Positions 1 to 8,435 of a stretch of 52,612 bases of DNA are shown here, in pieces; position 1 is the first letter of the stretch, and the number at the start of each line of letters is the position of its first letter. Made by a program: the position numbers and the translations under genes. Below the pieces are notes generated by a model that did not search any database, had not been told where the DNA came from, and was given only the letters and a program-made list of their open reading frames with translations. This DNA comes from Acidimicrobiia bacterium (GTDB lineage: Bacteria; Actinomycetota; Acidimicrobiia; Spongiisociales; Spongiisociaceae): the NCBI GenBank assembly GCA_041576165.1, contig JBFGLM010000034.1, forward strand, positions 1-52,612. Reading direction: 5' to 3'.

Positions 1-203
1 CGGCCAAACAGTGTGACCTCGACCACCGCATCCTCTACTCACATGGAGGGCCGACCACCACCGACAACCTCGGGCCGGTGTGCCCCCACGACCACGACCT
101 CCGCCACCGATACGGCTGGACCTACCAGCCCATCCGAAACGGCGACTACCTCTGGACCAGCCCACTCGGCCACCAATACACCACCAGCGGCAAACCACCA
201 TGA
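1..203 (+). CDS. C-terminal HNH domain of a DUF222/13E12-type HNH endonuclease (5' partial)
   Basis: Not in the ORF track. Frame from nt 3 reads AKQCDLDHRILYSHGGPTTTDNLGPVCPHDHDLRHRYGWTYQPIRNGDYLWTSPLGHQYTTSGKPP, stop TGA 201-203. CDxDH...GGPT..xNL..xC..H..H plus W..P.G..Y tail is typical of this actinobacterial family. Confidence 0.85.
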   Translation, partial: AKQCDLDHRILYSHGGPTTTDNLGPVCPHDHDLRHRYGWTYQPIRNGDYLWTSPLGHQYTTSGKPP

Positions 204-268
204 CCCAGCCGGTCAAAACCGGCCCATCCGCAGCCCGTCCGCCCCCTATGTGCCGATGTTTCGGCCCT

Positions 269-1036
269 TCAGCTTCCCGTGAAATTCGGGTCGCGTTTGT
301 TCAAGAACGCGTCGACGCCCTCGCGTGCGTCGCTGGTATCGAAGCAATCGTCGAACGCCTCACGCTCGATCGCGAGCGCGTCGTCGATCGGTCGGCCCCA
401 CCCTTCATTCATGGCGCGTTTGGCCGCCCCGATCGCAACGGTCGCACCCCGTGCCAGCTCGGCCGCCCACTCCATGGCCTTGTCGAGGAGTGCGTCGGCG
501 GGATAGACTTTGTCGGCCAGACCAATCGCCAGCGCTTCTTCCGCACCAACGAAGCGTCCCGTGTAATTCAATTCCTTCGCCTTCGAGAAACCCACCAGGC
601 GCGAGAGGCGTTGCGTCCCACCGGCACCGGGGATCAGACCCAGCTTGATCTCCGGCTGCCCCACCTGCGCATCTTCCGCCAGGTACCGGAAATCGGCCCC
701 CATCGCCAGTTCCAACCCGCCGCCTAGGGCGTAGCCGTGGACGGCGGCGATCACCGGCTTGGCGAGCTGTTCGATCCGGCGCACGGCCGGTGGGAGCGTG
801 TTGCGCTCGAGCCCGCTCTCACCGGCGTCGAAAGCACTCTGGAATCCCGTGATGTCGGCCCCGGCCGCGAAGTGTGGCCGGCCGGTGATGACCACGGCCC
901 GCACAGCAGGGTCGGACGCCTGCTCCGCCGCGGCGAACAGATCTTCTGCCACCTGCCCGTTGAGCGCGTTGACCGGAGGGCGGTTCAGCTCAAACAGCGC
1001 CACGGCACCGTCGGTCGAATACTTGATGAACTCCAC
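269..1036 (-). CDS. Enoyl-CoA hydratase/isomerase family protein
   Basis: [54 protein letters not shown]; GTG start at 1036 with GAGGAG RBS upstream. Confidence 0.93.
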   Translation of the reverse strand: MEFIKYSTDGAVALFELNRPPVNALNGQVAEDLFAAAEQASDPAVRAVVITGRPHFAAGADITGFQSAFDAGESGLERNTLPPAVRRIEQLAKPVIAAVHGYALGGGLELAMGADFRYLAEDAQVGQPEIKLGLIPGAGGTQRLSRLVGFSKAKELNYTGRFVGAEEALAIGLADKVYPADALLDKAMEWAAELARGATVAIGAAKRAMNEGWGRPIDDALAIEREAFDDCFDTSDAREGVDAFLNKRDPNFTGS

Positions 1037-1139
1037 GGGTGACTCCTCGATCGAGAGGAGCCAGCCTAGGACACGGGTCTCGCGGCGGGACACGGGCACC
1101 GGCGGAAATCCTGGTGGCGGATGCGCGCCGGCGGCGCCG

Positions 1140-1413
1140 TCAGCCCATCAGGCCGAGCTGCCCCATCATCCCCAGGTCGTCCCGCACCGCCCAGTGGTCG
1201 GTCGCCAGACCGTCGGCGTTGAGGTGCACAAAATGCATCTGCATCTGGCGAAACTGCTTGCCGGTTGCGGCATGCCCCGGAAACGTGATGGCGATAGTCC
1301 ACGGCAAACAACTCATCGGCCGCAGCCACGTTCCTCTGGTTGAACAGCTCCTCCCACACTCGGTGAGCGAACCTCGCCTGCACGGTGTCGGCGGTCCCCG
1401 TTGCTGTGCTCAT
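1140..1413 (-). pseudogene. SnoaL-like ester cyclase, internally deleted and frameshifted
   Basis: N-part MSTATG...VWEELFNQRNVAAADELFAVDYRHH in one frame; C-part FPGHAATGKQFRQMQMHFVHLNADGLATDHWAVRDDLGMMGQLGLMG* in another frame from ~1285 to the stop at 1140-1142; the central part of the fold is missing. Confidence 0.75.
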
Positions 1414-1461
1414 GGTTCGTCCTGCGTTGCGGGAGTGCGGCCGAACCGGGCGACCAGGGCG

Positions 1462-2406
1462 TCACCCCAGCTGCGCGGCCAGCTTACGGGCGGCCGTCCA
1501 CGGATCCAGCCGCCGCGCCAAGACTTCATCACGCAACTGGCTGAGGAGCTCATCCTCGGACGCCAGCTGAGTCCGCCGGACCAGCTCGGCCACCACCGCC
1601 CGCCGCATGTCTTTCTCCAACCGGTCGCGGCGGCGGGCCTCCAGTTCGCCCGTCTCGACCAGGTGGGCCCGGTGCGCAATGACCGCCTCCCACAGCTCGG
1701 CAACCCCTTCCCCGGTGGTGGCGATGGTGGCGACGATGGGCGGGCGCCACGGGCGGGTGGTGCCCAGGTCGAGCATTTGCTCCAGGTCGCGGATGGTGTC
1801 GCGCACTCCCTCCCGGTCAGCTTTGTTCACCACGAAGATGTCGCCGATCTCGAGCAACCCGGCCTTGTTGGCCTGCACACTGTCACCCCACCCGGGATTC
1901 ACGACGACGACCGCAGTGTCGGAGTTATCGACGATCTCGACCTCAGCTTGGCCGACGCCGACCGTCTCTATGAAAACGTAGGGCTTGCCAACCGCGTCCA
2001 GGACTGCCACCGCTTTGGGAGTGGCGGCTGCCATCCCCCCGAGGTGCCCGCGACTGCCCATCGAGCGGATATACACCCCTTCGTCGCTGATGTGATCCTG
2101 CATGCGGATTCGGTCACCGAGGATGGCACCGCCTGTGAACGGGGACGAAGGATCTACCGCAATGACGGCCACCTCGTTGCCCAACTCTCGCATGTGTGTG
2201 ATGAGGCGGTCGGTGAGGGTGCTCTTGCCGGCTCCCGGTGCACCGGTCAGGCCGACGACATAGGCGCGGCCCGTGCGCGGGAAGAGAAGCGCCATGGCCT
2301 CGTCGGCACCGGGGCGATCCTCCTCGACCATCGAGATCAGCCGAGCGATCGCCCTGCGATCACCCGACGTACCGGCCGCCACAAGTTGGGCGGCATCGCT
2401 GGACAT
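1462..2406 (-). CDS. meaB: Methylmalonyl-CoA mutase-associated GTPase MeaB/ArgK
   Basis: GLTGAPGAGKST, DPSSPFTGGAILGDRIRM, ETVGVGQ, VVNKAD motifs. Confidence 0.93.
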   Translation of the reverse strand: MSSDAAQLVAAGTSGDRRAIARLISMVEEDRPGADEAMALLFPRTGRAYVVGLTGAPGAGKSTLTDRLITHMRELGNEVAVIAVDPSSPFTGGAILGDRIRMQDHISDEGVYIRSMGSRGHLGGMAAATPKAVAVLDAVGKPYVFIETVGVGQAEVEIVDNSDTAVVVVNPGWGDSVQANKAGLLEIGDIFVVNKADREGVRDTIRDLEQMLDLGTTRPWRPPIVATIATTGEGVAELWEAVIAHRAHLVETGELEARRRDRLEKDMRRAVVAELVRRTQLASEDELLSQLRDEVLARRLDPWTAARKLAAQLG

Positions 2407-2468
2407 GCCCGCAGATTAGAAGCAATACGGGCGAGCAGCCGCACGGGTCGGTCGGGACGCTCTACGGA

Positions 2469-3161
2469 CTACACGACTCTGCGGTCCCGCCGCAGCAGCG
2501 TCCGCACCGCCGAGTTCTTCCAGATGTTCCGCATTTCCGACCACTGGCGATGCTTGTCGATCAGCTGTACCCGCATGCTCACTTCCGGCTTGGACTCGCC
2601 GAAGTGTTGCGCCACCTGCTTGAGCGTGTGTATCCATATCTTGTCCTCGAGGCGGCTGGTGTAGAACTTGAAGCTGATTTCGTACAGCGGGTCGTTGGCG
2701 CGCACCATCAGCTGGACCCGCGCGGTTGATCCACCGGAGTCTGCTTCGTAGGCGCTGAACGTGATGATCGCCGCCCACGGATGCCCCTCGGGAGTCATGT
2801 ACGACCAGCTGCGCTCGTCGGCGTAGATGACCCGGACACCGGTCGTGATCTTGGTGGGACCTTTCCCGCCACCGATGATGGCGACCTCACCGGGACTGAT
2901 GCCGGCTGCTGGGGCGTAGAACCTATTGCCCGGATACCAGAACTCGCCGAAGTTGGCCTTCCAGGTGGCGATGACCGCCTCCGGCGCGGCCCCGGGCACC
3001 GCTACCTCGTACACCTTCTCCCACAATTTGCCAAAGCCCTGCAGCGGACCCGTGGGTCGACGGCCTTCGACGTTCCCTTTGACGGCCCCATCGGCGACTT
3101 CGCCGACGTGAAGCACGTCGACCGGTTTTGCCCAGCTGCTTGCGTTCCGCGGCTCTGCCAT
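2469..3161 (-). CDS. Hypothetical protein (possible DUF1990/SRPBCC-like fold), last gene of the STAS/PP2C operon
   Basis: 230-aa ORF with natural composition, GAGGAGG RBS upstream, co-oriented directly after two STAS genes; YMTPEGHP motif. Fold assignment is tentative. Confidence 0.7.
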   Translation of the reverse strand: MAEPRNASSWAKPVDVLHVGEVADGAVKGNVEGRRPTGPLQGFGKLWEKVYEVAVPGAAPEAVIATWKANFGEFWYPGNRFYAPAAGISPGEVAIIGGGKGPTKITTGVRVIYADERSWSYMTPEGHPWAAIITFSAYEADSGGSTARVQLMVRANDPLYEISFKFYTSRLEDKIWIHTLKQVAQHFGESKPEVSMRVQLIDKHRQWSEMRNIWKNSAVRTLLRRDRRVV

Positions 3162-3205
3162 GATCCAGCCTCCTCGGCCCGCGACCGTCTCGTCGCGGTC
3201 CCGGC

Positions 3206-3556
3206 TCAGACCGCCGCCAGGGCGGCCTCCTCACTGTCATAGATGCCGATCGCCTCGTCGAGGCGTGTCAGCGAAAAGATCTCCCGGTAATGGTCCGAGA
3301 GCCCGTACGCAGACAACTTGTGCCCCGAGCGCTGCGCACGGATGAGGGTGGTGACGAGCAACCCGATGCCACCGCTGTTCATGTATTCGAGATCACTGAA
3401 ATTCAGGATCACTGCCCGGGGATGGGCTGCAGCCGCCTTCTCGTGGGCCGCGGCTATCTCTGCCTCACTGAATGCAGTTATCTCGCCGTGGATGTCGATC
3501 GCCGCCACCTGATCCGCGGCATCACGCACGGTCATGGTCACGTTGGCAGTTGGCAA
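3206..3556 (-). CDS. STAS-domain anti-anti-sigma factor-like protein
   Basis: IDIHGEI...VILNFSDLEYMNSGGIGLLV...YREIFSLTRLD; phosphorylatable Ser in YMNS; TTG start with GAAGGAGG RBS. Confidence 0.92.
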   Translation of the reverse strand: MPTANVTMTVRDAADQVAAIDIHGEITAFSEAEIAAAHEKAAAAHPRAVILNFSDLEYMNSGGIGLLVTTLIRAQRSGHKLSAYGLSDHYREIFSLTRLDEAIGIYDSEEAALAAV

Positions 3557-3569
3557 CTTCGTTCCTCCT

Positions 3570-3911
3570 TCAATCGCCCGCCACTACTGCGGGGCGGGCA
3601 TGAATCGTCATGAAATCGGAGAGACGGGTTATCTGGAACAGCTCGCGGTAGTGGTCGCTGAGGCCAAACGCGCCGACCTCTCGATGGTTGGCCCGGGACT
3701 GGGCCAGGATCCCGACAATCAGAGCGATACCGGTCGAGTTGATGTAGTCGACGTCCTCGAAGTCGAGGAGCAGCTGTCCCGGTCCTCGGTTGGCTTCGGC
3801 GTAGGCGTCGGCCAGCCCCTCCTGCGCGGCTCGATTGATGTCCCCGTGAAGTTCGATCAAGGTATCGGGACCGTCGATGTTGACCTTTGCGGCAAACGGT
3901 CTACCCGGCAT
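3570..3911 (-). CDS. STAS-domain anti-anti-sigma factor-like protein
   Basis: IELHGDI...LLLDFEDVDYINSTGIALIV...YRELFQITRL. Confidence 0.92.
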   Translation of the reverse strand: MPGRPFAAKVNIDGPDTLIELHGDINRAAQEGLADAYAEANRGPGQLLLDFEDVDYINSTGIALIVGILAQSRANHREVGAFGLSDHYRELFQITRLSDFMTIHARPAVVAGD

Positions 3912-5502
3912 CTGCGGCTCCTTGCCTGTTGACGATCAGTTCGATCGTGTGTCTCCCGTTCTCGCTGACCGAACTGAACTGGTCGACCATTCGTTCGATG
4001 AGGAACAGACCCCATCCCCGCGGGGTTTGCCGGCCCGACAACTTCGCCTCGATATCCGGGGTGGGAGCGCCGGACAGGTCGATGGCGTCGCCGCTGTCCG
4101 AAACTCGCACGGCGATGGTGGTGGGCGATGCTTCGACCGAAACAGATACTTCGAGGTCAGTTCGATACTGGTTGCCGTGCTCGATGGCGTTCATGACCGT
4201 TTCGCCCACGGCCGTCTTCAGCCGTTCCAGCTGACGGTGCTCCAAGCCCAATTCGGCCACCGCCTCCTCCACCCCGTCGATGGCGATACGTTCGTTGCCC
4301 TCGACCGATGGCACCGTGAAATCGGCCAGTACCCGGCGTGCACCGCCGACCGGATCTATCGGGACTTCCGAAGGATCCATTACCGAGAGCGTGCGGCGCA
4401 CCACCACCAGCGTGATGTCGTCCTCCTGTTGGACCTCGGGACCGGTGTGGGCCTCAACGTCTGTGACGATGGATGTCACCAGTTCGTCGCTCTCCACCAA
4501 GCCCACCCGGCCGAATAGGCGCGCAAACCCGTACATCTCACCGGCCGGGTTGTGAGCCTCGGTGATGCCGTCGGAGCTGAGCACCATGACGTCGCCGTCG
4601 CCGAAATCGAATGTGCGCTCTTCGTAGTGCATGCCCGGCAGCAAGCCCAGCGGCATCCCGGTCGCCCGCAGCTCCACCACCCCGCCACCCGTTCGTATAT
4701 ACGGCAGGTTGTGGCCCGCGTTGGCGAGCGTCATGCGCCCCGCTCCGGTTTCGATGATTGCATACAGACACGTGACGAACATCGCCGGAGGTATCTCATC
4801 GACCAGAATCTCGTTGACGTCGGCCAACACCGCACCCGGCGTGTTGTTCCGGGTGGCCGCGGCCCGCAAGACGGATCGGCACGTAGCCATCACTAGCGCC
4901 GCCGGGACGCCCTTGTCGGTGACGTCACCGATGGCAACCCCTAGCCGGTCTCCCGGCAATTCGATGAAGTCGTAGAAGTCGCCGCCGACCGATCGGGCCG
5001 GCCGGTAGAACGCATCAACGCTCCAGCCCGTGCGTTCAGGAAGCTCCTTGGGCAGCAGCGTCTGCTGTATGAGCGCGGCCACCGCCAGTTCCTGCTGGAT
5101 GCGCTCCCGCTCCTTCGCCTCCGCCTGTTGCTCCCGGACCAGCTGCGCCACCCGCATGGCCGGCGCCACCTGAGACGCCAGGTTCGCCAACAGCTTGCGG
5201 TCGTCGCTCGAATAGGGCTGGTCGGAGAGGCGGGGTCCCAGGTATAGGGCGCCGAGCAGTTCTCCCTGGCCCACCAAAGGAACGATCAGCACAATGCCCG
5301 TCTGGCGCAGCGCCTTCAAAGCCTCGGAGTCCATGTCGAGTCCGGCCGTCTCAACCGGGGCGGCCACGCTGACGAGGTAGGAGTGCAGCGGGTCGTCCTC
5401 GGTTATCGGAATCGCGTCGACGGCGGGAACTTCAGGCGATGCGGGTTCCAGAGCAGCTTCTACCTGCTCGCTCCGCTGGCGACGACGCAGCACAGAGACC
5501 AT
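3901..5502 (-). CDS. SpoIIE/PP2C phosphatase with N-terminal partial GAF domain and C-terminal RsbW-like HATPase domain
   Basis: IVPLVGQGELLGALYLG...YSSDDRKLLANLASQVAPA (GAF second half); VGGDFYD, IGDVTDKGVPAAL, SDGITEA, EDDITL (PP2C); ETVMNAIEHG, VSDSG, RGWGLFLI (HATPase). Confidence 0.92.
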   Translation of the reverse strand: MVSVLRRRQRSEQVEAALEPASPEVPAVDAIPITEDDPLHSYLVSVAAPVETAGLDMDSEALKALRQTGIVLIVPLVGQGELLGALYLGPRLSDQPYSSDDRKLLANLASQVAPAMRVAQLVREQQAEAKERERIQQELAVAALIQQTLLPKELPERTGWSVDAFYRPARSVGGDFYDFIELPGDRLGVAIGDVTDKGVPAALVMATCRSVLRAAATRNNTPGAVLADVNEILVDEIPPAMFVTCLYAIIETGAGRMTLANAGHNLPYIRTGGGVVELRATGMPLGLLPGMHYEERTFDFGDGDVMVLSSDGITEAHNPAGEMYGFARLFGRVGLVESDELVTSIVTDVEAHTGPEVQQEDDITLVVVRRTLSVMDPSEVPIDPVGGARRVLADFTVPSVEGNERIAIDGVEEAVAELGLEHRQLERLKTAVGETVMNAIEHGNQYRTDLEVSVSVEASPTTIAVRVSDSGDAIDLSGAPTPDIEAKLSGRQTPRGWGLFLIERMVDQFSSVSENGRHTIELIVNRQGAADAG

Positions 5503-5523
5503 GAGCGCTTTCTAGCTCTCGAC

Positions 5524-5540
5524 CGTTCCGAATCCGTTAC
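5524..5540 (-). promoter_or_regulatory. GTAACG-N5-GGAACG direct repeat (11-bp period) upstream of the PP2C gene; putative SARP-type operator
   Basis: Plus strand CGTTCC at 5524 and CGTTAC at 5535; same motif at 6100 and 12840. It overlaps the SRPBCC stop codon. Confidence 0.5.
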
Positions 5541-6064
5541 GAGGTGCGGCTGGAGGGCTGGTTGGTCTCCAAATCATCCGTTCCCGGTCCCGACCGAAAC
5601 TCCACCAGCCGCCCGCCCAAGCGCTTGGCCATCTCCGTTGCGCCCTTGCGCATGACGCGGTGATACGCCCACTCGAGCAGAGGACCCGCAATCGGCGCCA
5701 CCAGATTCATCCACGGGCGGGTGGTCGAGACGTTCCAGTTGTACCGGATCCGCGTCCGAGAGCCCTCTTCACTGAGCCGGTACTGACCAATGCCGGCCAC
5801 GTCACCCGTCGCCGTGATGCGGATGAGGGTTGGACGCTCGATCGCAGTCACACTGGTTTCGAACACCATCGAGTAAAGGAGCGGGCTTCGGATCGCATAG
5901 GCAACCCTTGCGCCCAAGCCCGACTTCTCGCCCGGGTCGATCACGGCCGCCCGCTTGACCGAGGGCCACCAGCCGGGAATCTCCTCAAACCGTGCCAGCA
6001 GGTCGAACACAGCCTCGACGGGGGCGTCGACGACCCACCCTGTCTCGAACCGGTAATACGCCAC
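5537..6064 (-). CDS. SRPBCC/polyketide cyclase family protein
   Basis: W.VDAPVEAVFDLL...IPGWWPSV...GDVAGIGQYRL...TRIRYNW pattern; GGAAAGGA RBS. Confidence 0.88.
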   Translation of the reverse strand: MAYYRFETGWVVDAPVEAVFDLLARFEEIPGWWPSVKRAAVIDPGEKSGLGARVAYAIRSPLLYSMVFETSVTAIERPTLIRITATGDVAGIGQYRLSEEGSRTRIRYNWNVSTTRPWMNLVAPIAGPLLEWAYHRVMRKGATEMAKRLGGRLVEFRSGPGTDDLETNQPSSRTS

Positions 6065-6099
6065 GTGAATTCCTTTCCGTCCCCAGTGTCCCGACGAGG

Positions 6100-6116
6100 C
6101 GTTACCAGACCGTTAC
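6100..6116 (-). promoter_or_regulatory. GTAACG-N5-GTAACG perfect direct repeat (11-bp period); putative SARP-type operator
   Basis: Plus strand CGTTAC at 6100 and 6111; on the minus strand GACACT (-10-like) follows 9 nt downstream. Confidence 0.6.
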
Positions 6117-6154
6117 GGTCCGCTGTTTCTGGCCGGCCCGTAACGGGTGCCGGG

Positions 6155-7357
6155 TCATGGCGCCATCCACACCCTGGCCTTGACCGGCCGCAGTGCCGCA
6201 TCCACAGTTGCCATCCAGTCATCGAGGAGCCGGCCAACGTCACTGTCGTCTCGCCACCGATGTGAGAAGGCTTCGGCAATCCGTGCCGAGTCGTAGCGCG
6301 ATCGATAGAAACGGCGATCGACCCACTCCAGGATTCGCCGGCGGACTGGCCGGAACACAGCAGCTGCCGCCAGCGTCGAGGCCGCCACAAACACGGAGGG
6401 GCTCTCGTCAGGCAACATGCTCCCCGGAAGCCACACCGCGCCGCCCACGTAGACAAGCGCAAGGACGCCGGTAACGAGCGCATAAGCAAGGGTGCGGGAG
6501 ATGACGCGGTCGATCTCGTAGAGGCGGTACTTCGTGACGGCGACCGCGATGGCGGTTGGACCACCGATCAAGAGGACAGCGCCGCCCAGTTCGTTGGCCT
6601 GCGCCAGTGGTGGAATCAAGCTCAGAAGCAGCAGGACGGAACCGAGCAGAAGGGCATAGGCGAGCCACTTCATCTGAAGCCGCTCGACACCCGTGCTTCT
6701 GAAGAACCTCACGAGAAGCCGAAGCAGGGCGGTGAGCACCGTGGGAGCGACCAAGAGAAACGCAGTGTCGTTGGCGATGCGCCCGACGCCACCCAGGATC
6801 TCCGAGTCGCGGAAGCTGAGCAGCGGCCCTGCGAGCTCCACGGCAGCCGGCGCGCCACCCGGCATCAGCACCGTACGCCACGTAGCAGGTGCAGTGAACC
6901 ACGACGCAACGAGCGCCGACACCAGTCCCAAGCTCAACAGCCAGGCGAGCGCCCTTGCCAGAAGGGTCCGCATTTCGCCCGATGGAAACAGCAACGCGAG
7001 CCCGCCTAGTGCGGGCAAGACGATTGGATTCGCCAGCCACTGTGCGTGGGCCGCCGCGTCCGCAACCGGCAGTCCAGATCCGAGCGCGGAAGCCAAGGCG
7101 TATTCCGACCCGGCGATATTGAGGGAGAGGGCGGCGGCCAGCGAGAGCATGACCCAACCAACTGCGTTACCGGCACGCGCCCAGACGATGAGCAGCCCCA
7201 CCGTGCTGAAGGCGATCGCCGCCATCGACGGGAGGTACCGTTCGACCGTATCGCCGGCGATCGTGTGACGATTCGCCGCAAGTAGCACGAGGCCGGCGAC
7301 GGCCAGGACTCCGCTGACGAGCCAGAAGGCAACGGCGGCGGCGCGAACGCGTTTCAT
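6155..7357 (-). CDS. Multi-pass membrane sensor-like protein, array paralogue 6 (most distal)
   Basis: Start MKRVRAAAVAFW at 7357 overlaps the upstream stop (ATGA); many TM segments; shared motifs LLFPSG, GVERLQMKW, KYRLYEIDRVISRT, FVAASTL, VDRRFYRSRYD, ends RPVKARVWMAP. Confidence 0.85.
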   Translation of the reverse strand: MKRVRAAAVAFWLVSGVLAVAGLVLLAANRHTIAGDTVERYLPSMAAIAFSTVGLLIVWARAGNAVGWVMLSLAAALSLNIAGSEYALASALGSGLPVADAAAHAQWLANPIVLPALGGLALLFPSGEMRTLLARALAWLLSLGLVSALVASWFTAPATWRTVLMPGGAPAAVELAGPLLSFRDSEILGGVGRIANDTAFLLVAPTVLTALLRLLVRFFRSTGVERLQMKWLAYALLLGSVLLLLSLIPPLAQANELGGAVLLIGGPTAIAVAVTKYRLYEIDRVISRTLAYALVTGVLALVYVGGAVWLPGSMLPDESPSVFVAASTLAAAAVFRPVRRRILEWVDRRFYRSRYDSARIAEAFSHRWRDDSDVGRLLDDWMATVDAALRPVKARVWMAP

Positions 7358-8379
7358 GATCGTGTCCTCACCCACACACCCACCGACGACGGTTGCACGG
7401 TTCTCCAAACGGCCTCGACCCAATCTTGGGTCAGAGGCGCCATGTCGGCCAGGGTGCGGAGCCGGTTCGAGAACGCCTCGGTGACGTGCTCGGCGTTGTA
7501 GCGGGTGCGGTAGAAGCGGCGGTCGACCCATCCGGTGACACGGCGACGCACCGGATTGAACAGGGCCGCGACTGCCAGGGTGGAGGCCGCGACGAATAGC
7601 GGCGAGCTTCGTCCGCTGAGGACCTGCGTCGGAAGCCACACCGCGCCGGCCGCATATACCAGACCGAGCAGCCCGATCACCAGTGTGTAGCTGACGGTGC
7701 GGGAAATGATGCGATCGAGCTCGTAGAGGCGGTATTTGAGAATCGCGACGCCGATGGCCGTCGGGATGAGGACCAGCCCTCCGGTCAACCCAATGCTCGC
7801 GACAACCGAGTCCTGCCACCCTCCGAACTCTGCCAGCGCACCTATCCCGAAAACCATGAAAGGTGCGATCAGCCACTTCAGCTGCTGCCGCTCCACTCCG
7901 GCCGACCGCACCCAACGGACGACGAGCGAGGCGATCGCGCACATGATGGCGGCCAGGGTCAACGCGTTGCCGGCGAGCATCACGCATGCGCCGGGGCTCA
8001 CGCAGGAGTCGATCGTTTCCAACGCCTCTCGTCCCTCGATGAAGCTGTAGATGCCGGCGCCGGTCAAGAGCGTGGCAGGAGCCACCACGCCCAACCAGCC
8101 GACCCATCGCCATCCCAGGGTTGGAGGTGCGCCCGTGGGGAACCACAGCGGCACGAACACGCCAAAACCGGGAAGGACCAGCGCAAACAGCGCGACGCCA
8201 CTCACCGCTCCCTCCGGACCATCGGCCAGCAGGGGGCTGAGGCTCATTACGAGGAAGCCGACGGTGACGGCCAGCAACACCCACGACACACGGTTGTGTG
8301 GTACACGGATCACCAACACCCCTGCGATCGTCCCAATCGTGGCGACCGCCGCAATGAACACGATGACGTCGGCGGTCAT
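7354..8379 (-). CDS. Multi-pass membrane sensor-like protein, array paralogue 5
   Basis: Start MTADVIVF at 8379; WFPTG, GVERQQLKW, KYRLYELDRIISRT, VDRRFYRTRYNA, RTVQPSSVGVWVR. Confidence 0.85.
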   Translation of the reverse strand: MTADVIVFIAAVATIGTIAGVLVIRVPHNRVSWVLLAVTVGFLVMSLSPLLADGPEGAVSGVALFALVLPGFGVFVPLWFPTGAPPTLGWRWVGWLGVVAPATLLTGAGIYSFIEGREALETIDSCVSPGACVMLAGNALTLAAIMCAIASLVVRWVRSAGVERQQLKWLIAPFMVFGIGALAEFGGWQDSVVASIGLTGGLVLIPTAIGVAILKYRLYELDRIISRTVSYTLVIGLLGLVYAAGAVWLPTQVLSGRSSPLFVAASTLAVAALFNPVRRRVTGWVDRRFYRTRYNAEHVTEAFSNRLRTLADMAPLTQDWVEAVWRTVQPSSVGVWVRTRS

Positions 8380-8435
8380 CGCCCGGAACGAGCGGTCTGG
8401 ACTGGTGCGTTCACCCACAAATCGAGCGAGTTCAT
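8376..8435 (-). pseudogene. 19-aa remnant ORF MNSLDLWVNAPVQTARSGR, probable scar of a deleted array paralogue
   Basis: Start overlaps the upstream stop (TGATG) and stop overlaps the downstream start (ATGA); SLDLWV resembles the paralogue C-terminal SLGLWV, also at DNA level. Confidence 0.55.

Noticed and set aside
1039-2664. Long antisense ORFs, such as 1039-2664, 25002-26054, 26978-28603 and 38033-39682
   Set aside because: They lie opposite well-supported genes and have no recognisable motifs; such shadow ORFs are expected in high-GC DNA.
6155-8284. 709-aa ORF suggesting one long fused membrane protein
   Set aside because: Its first ~310 residues are an off-frame, Arg/Gly-rich reading of paralogue 5; the real gene starts at the ATG at 7357 that overlaps the upstream stop.
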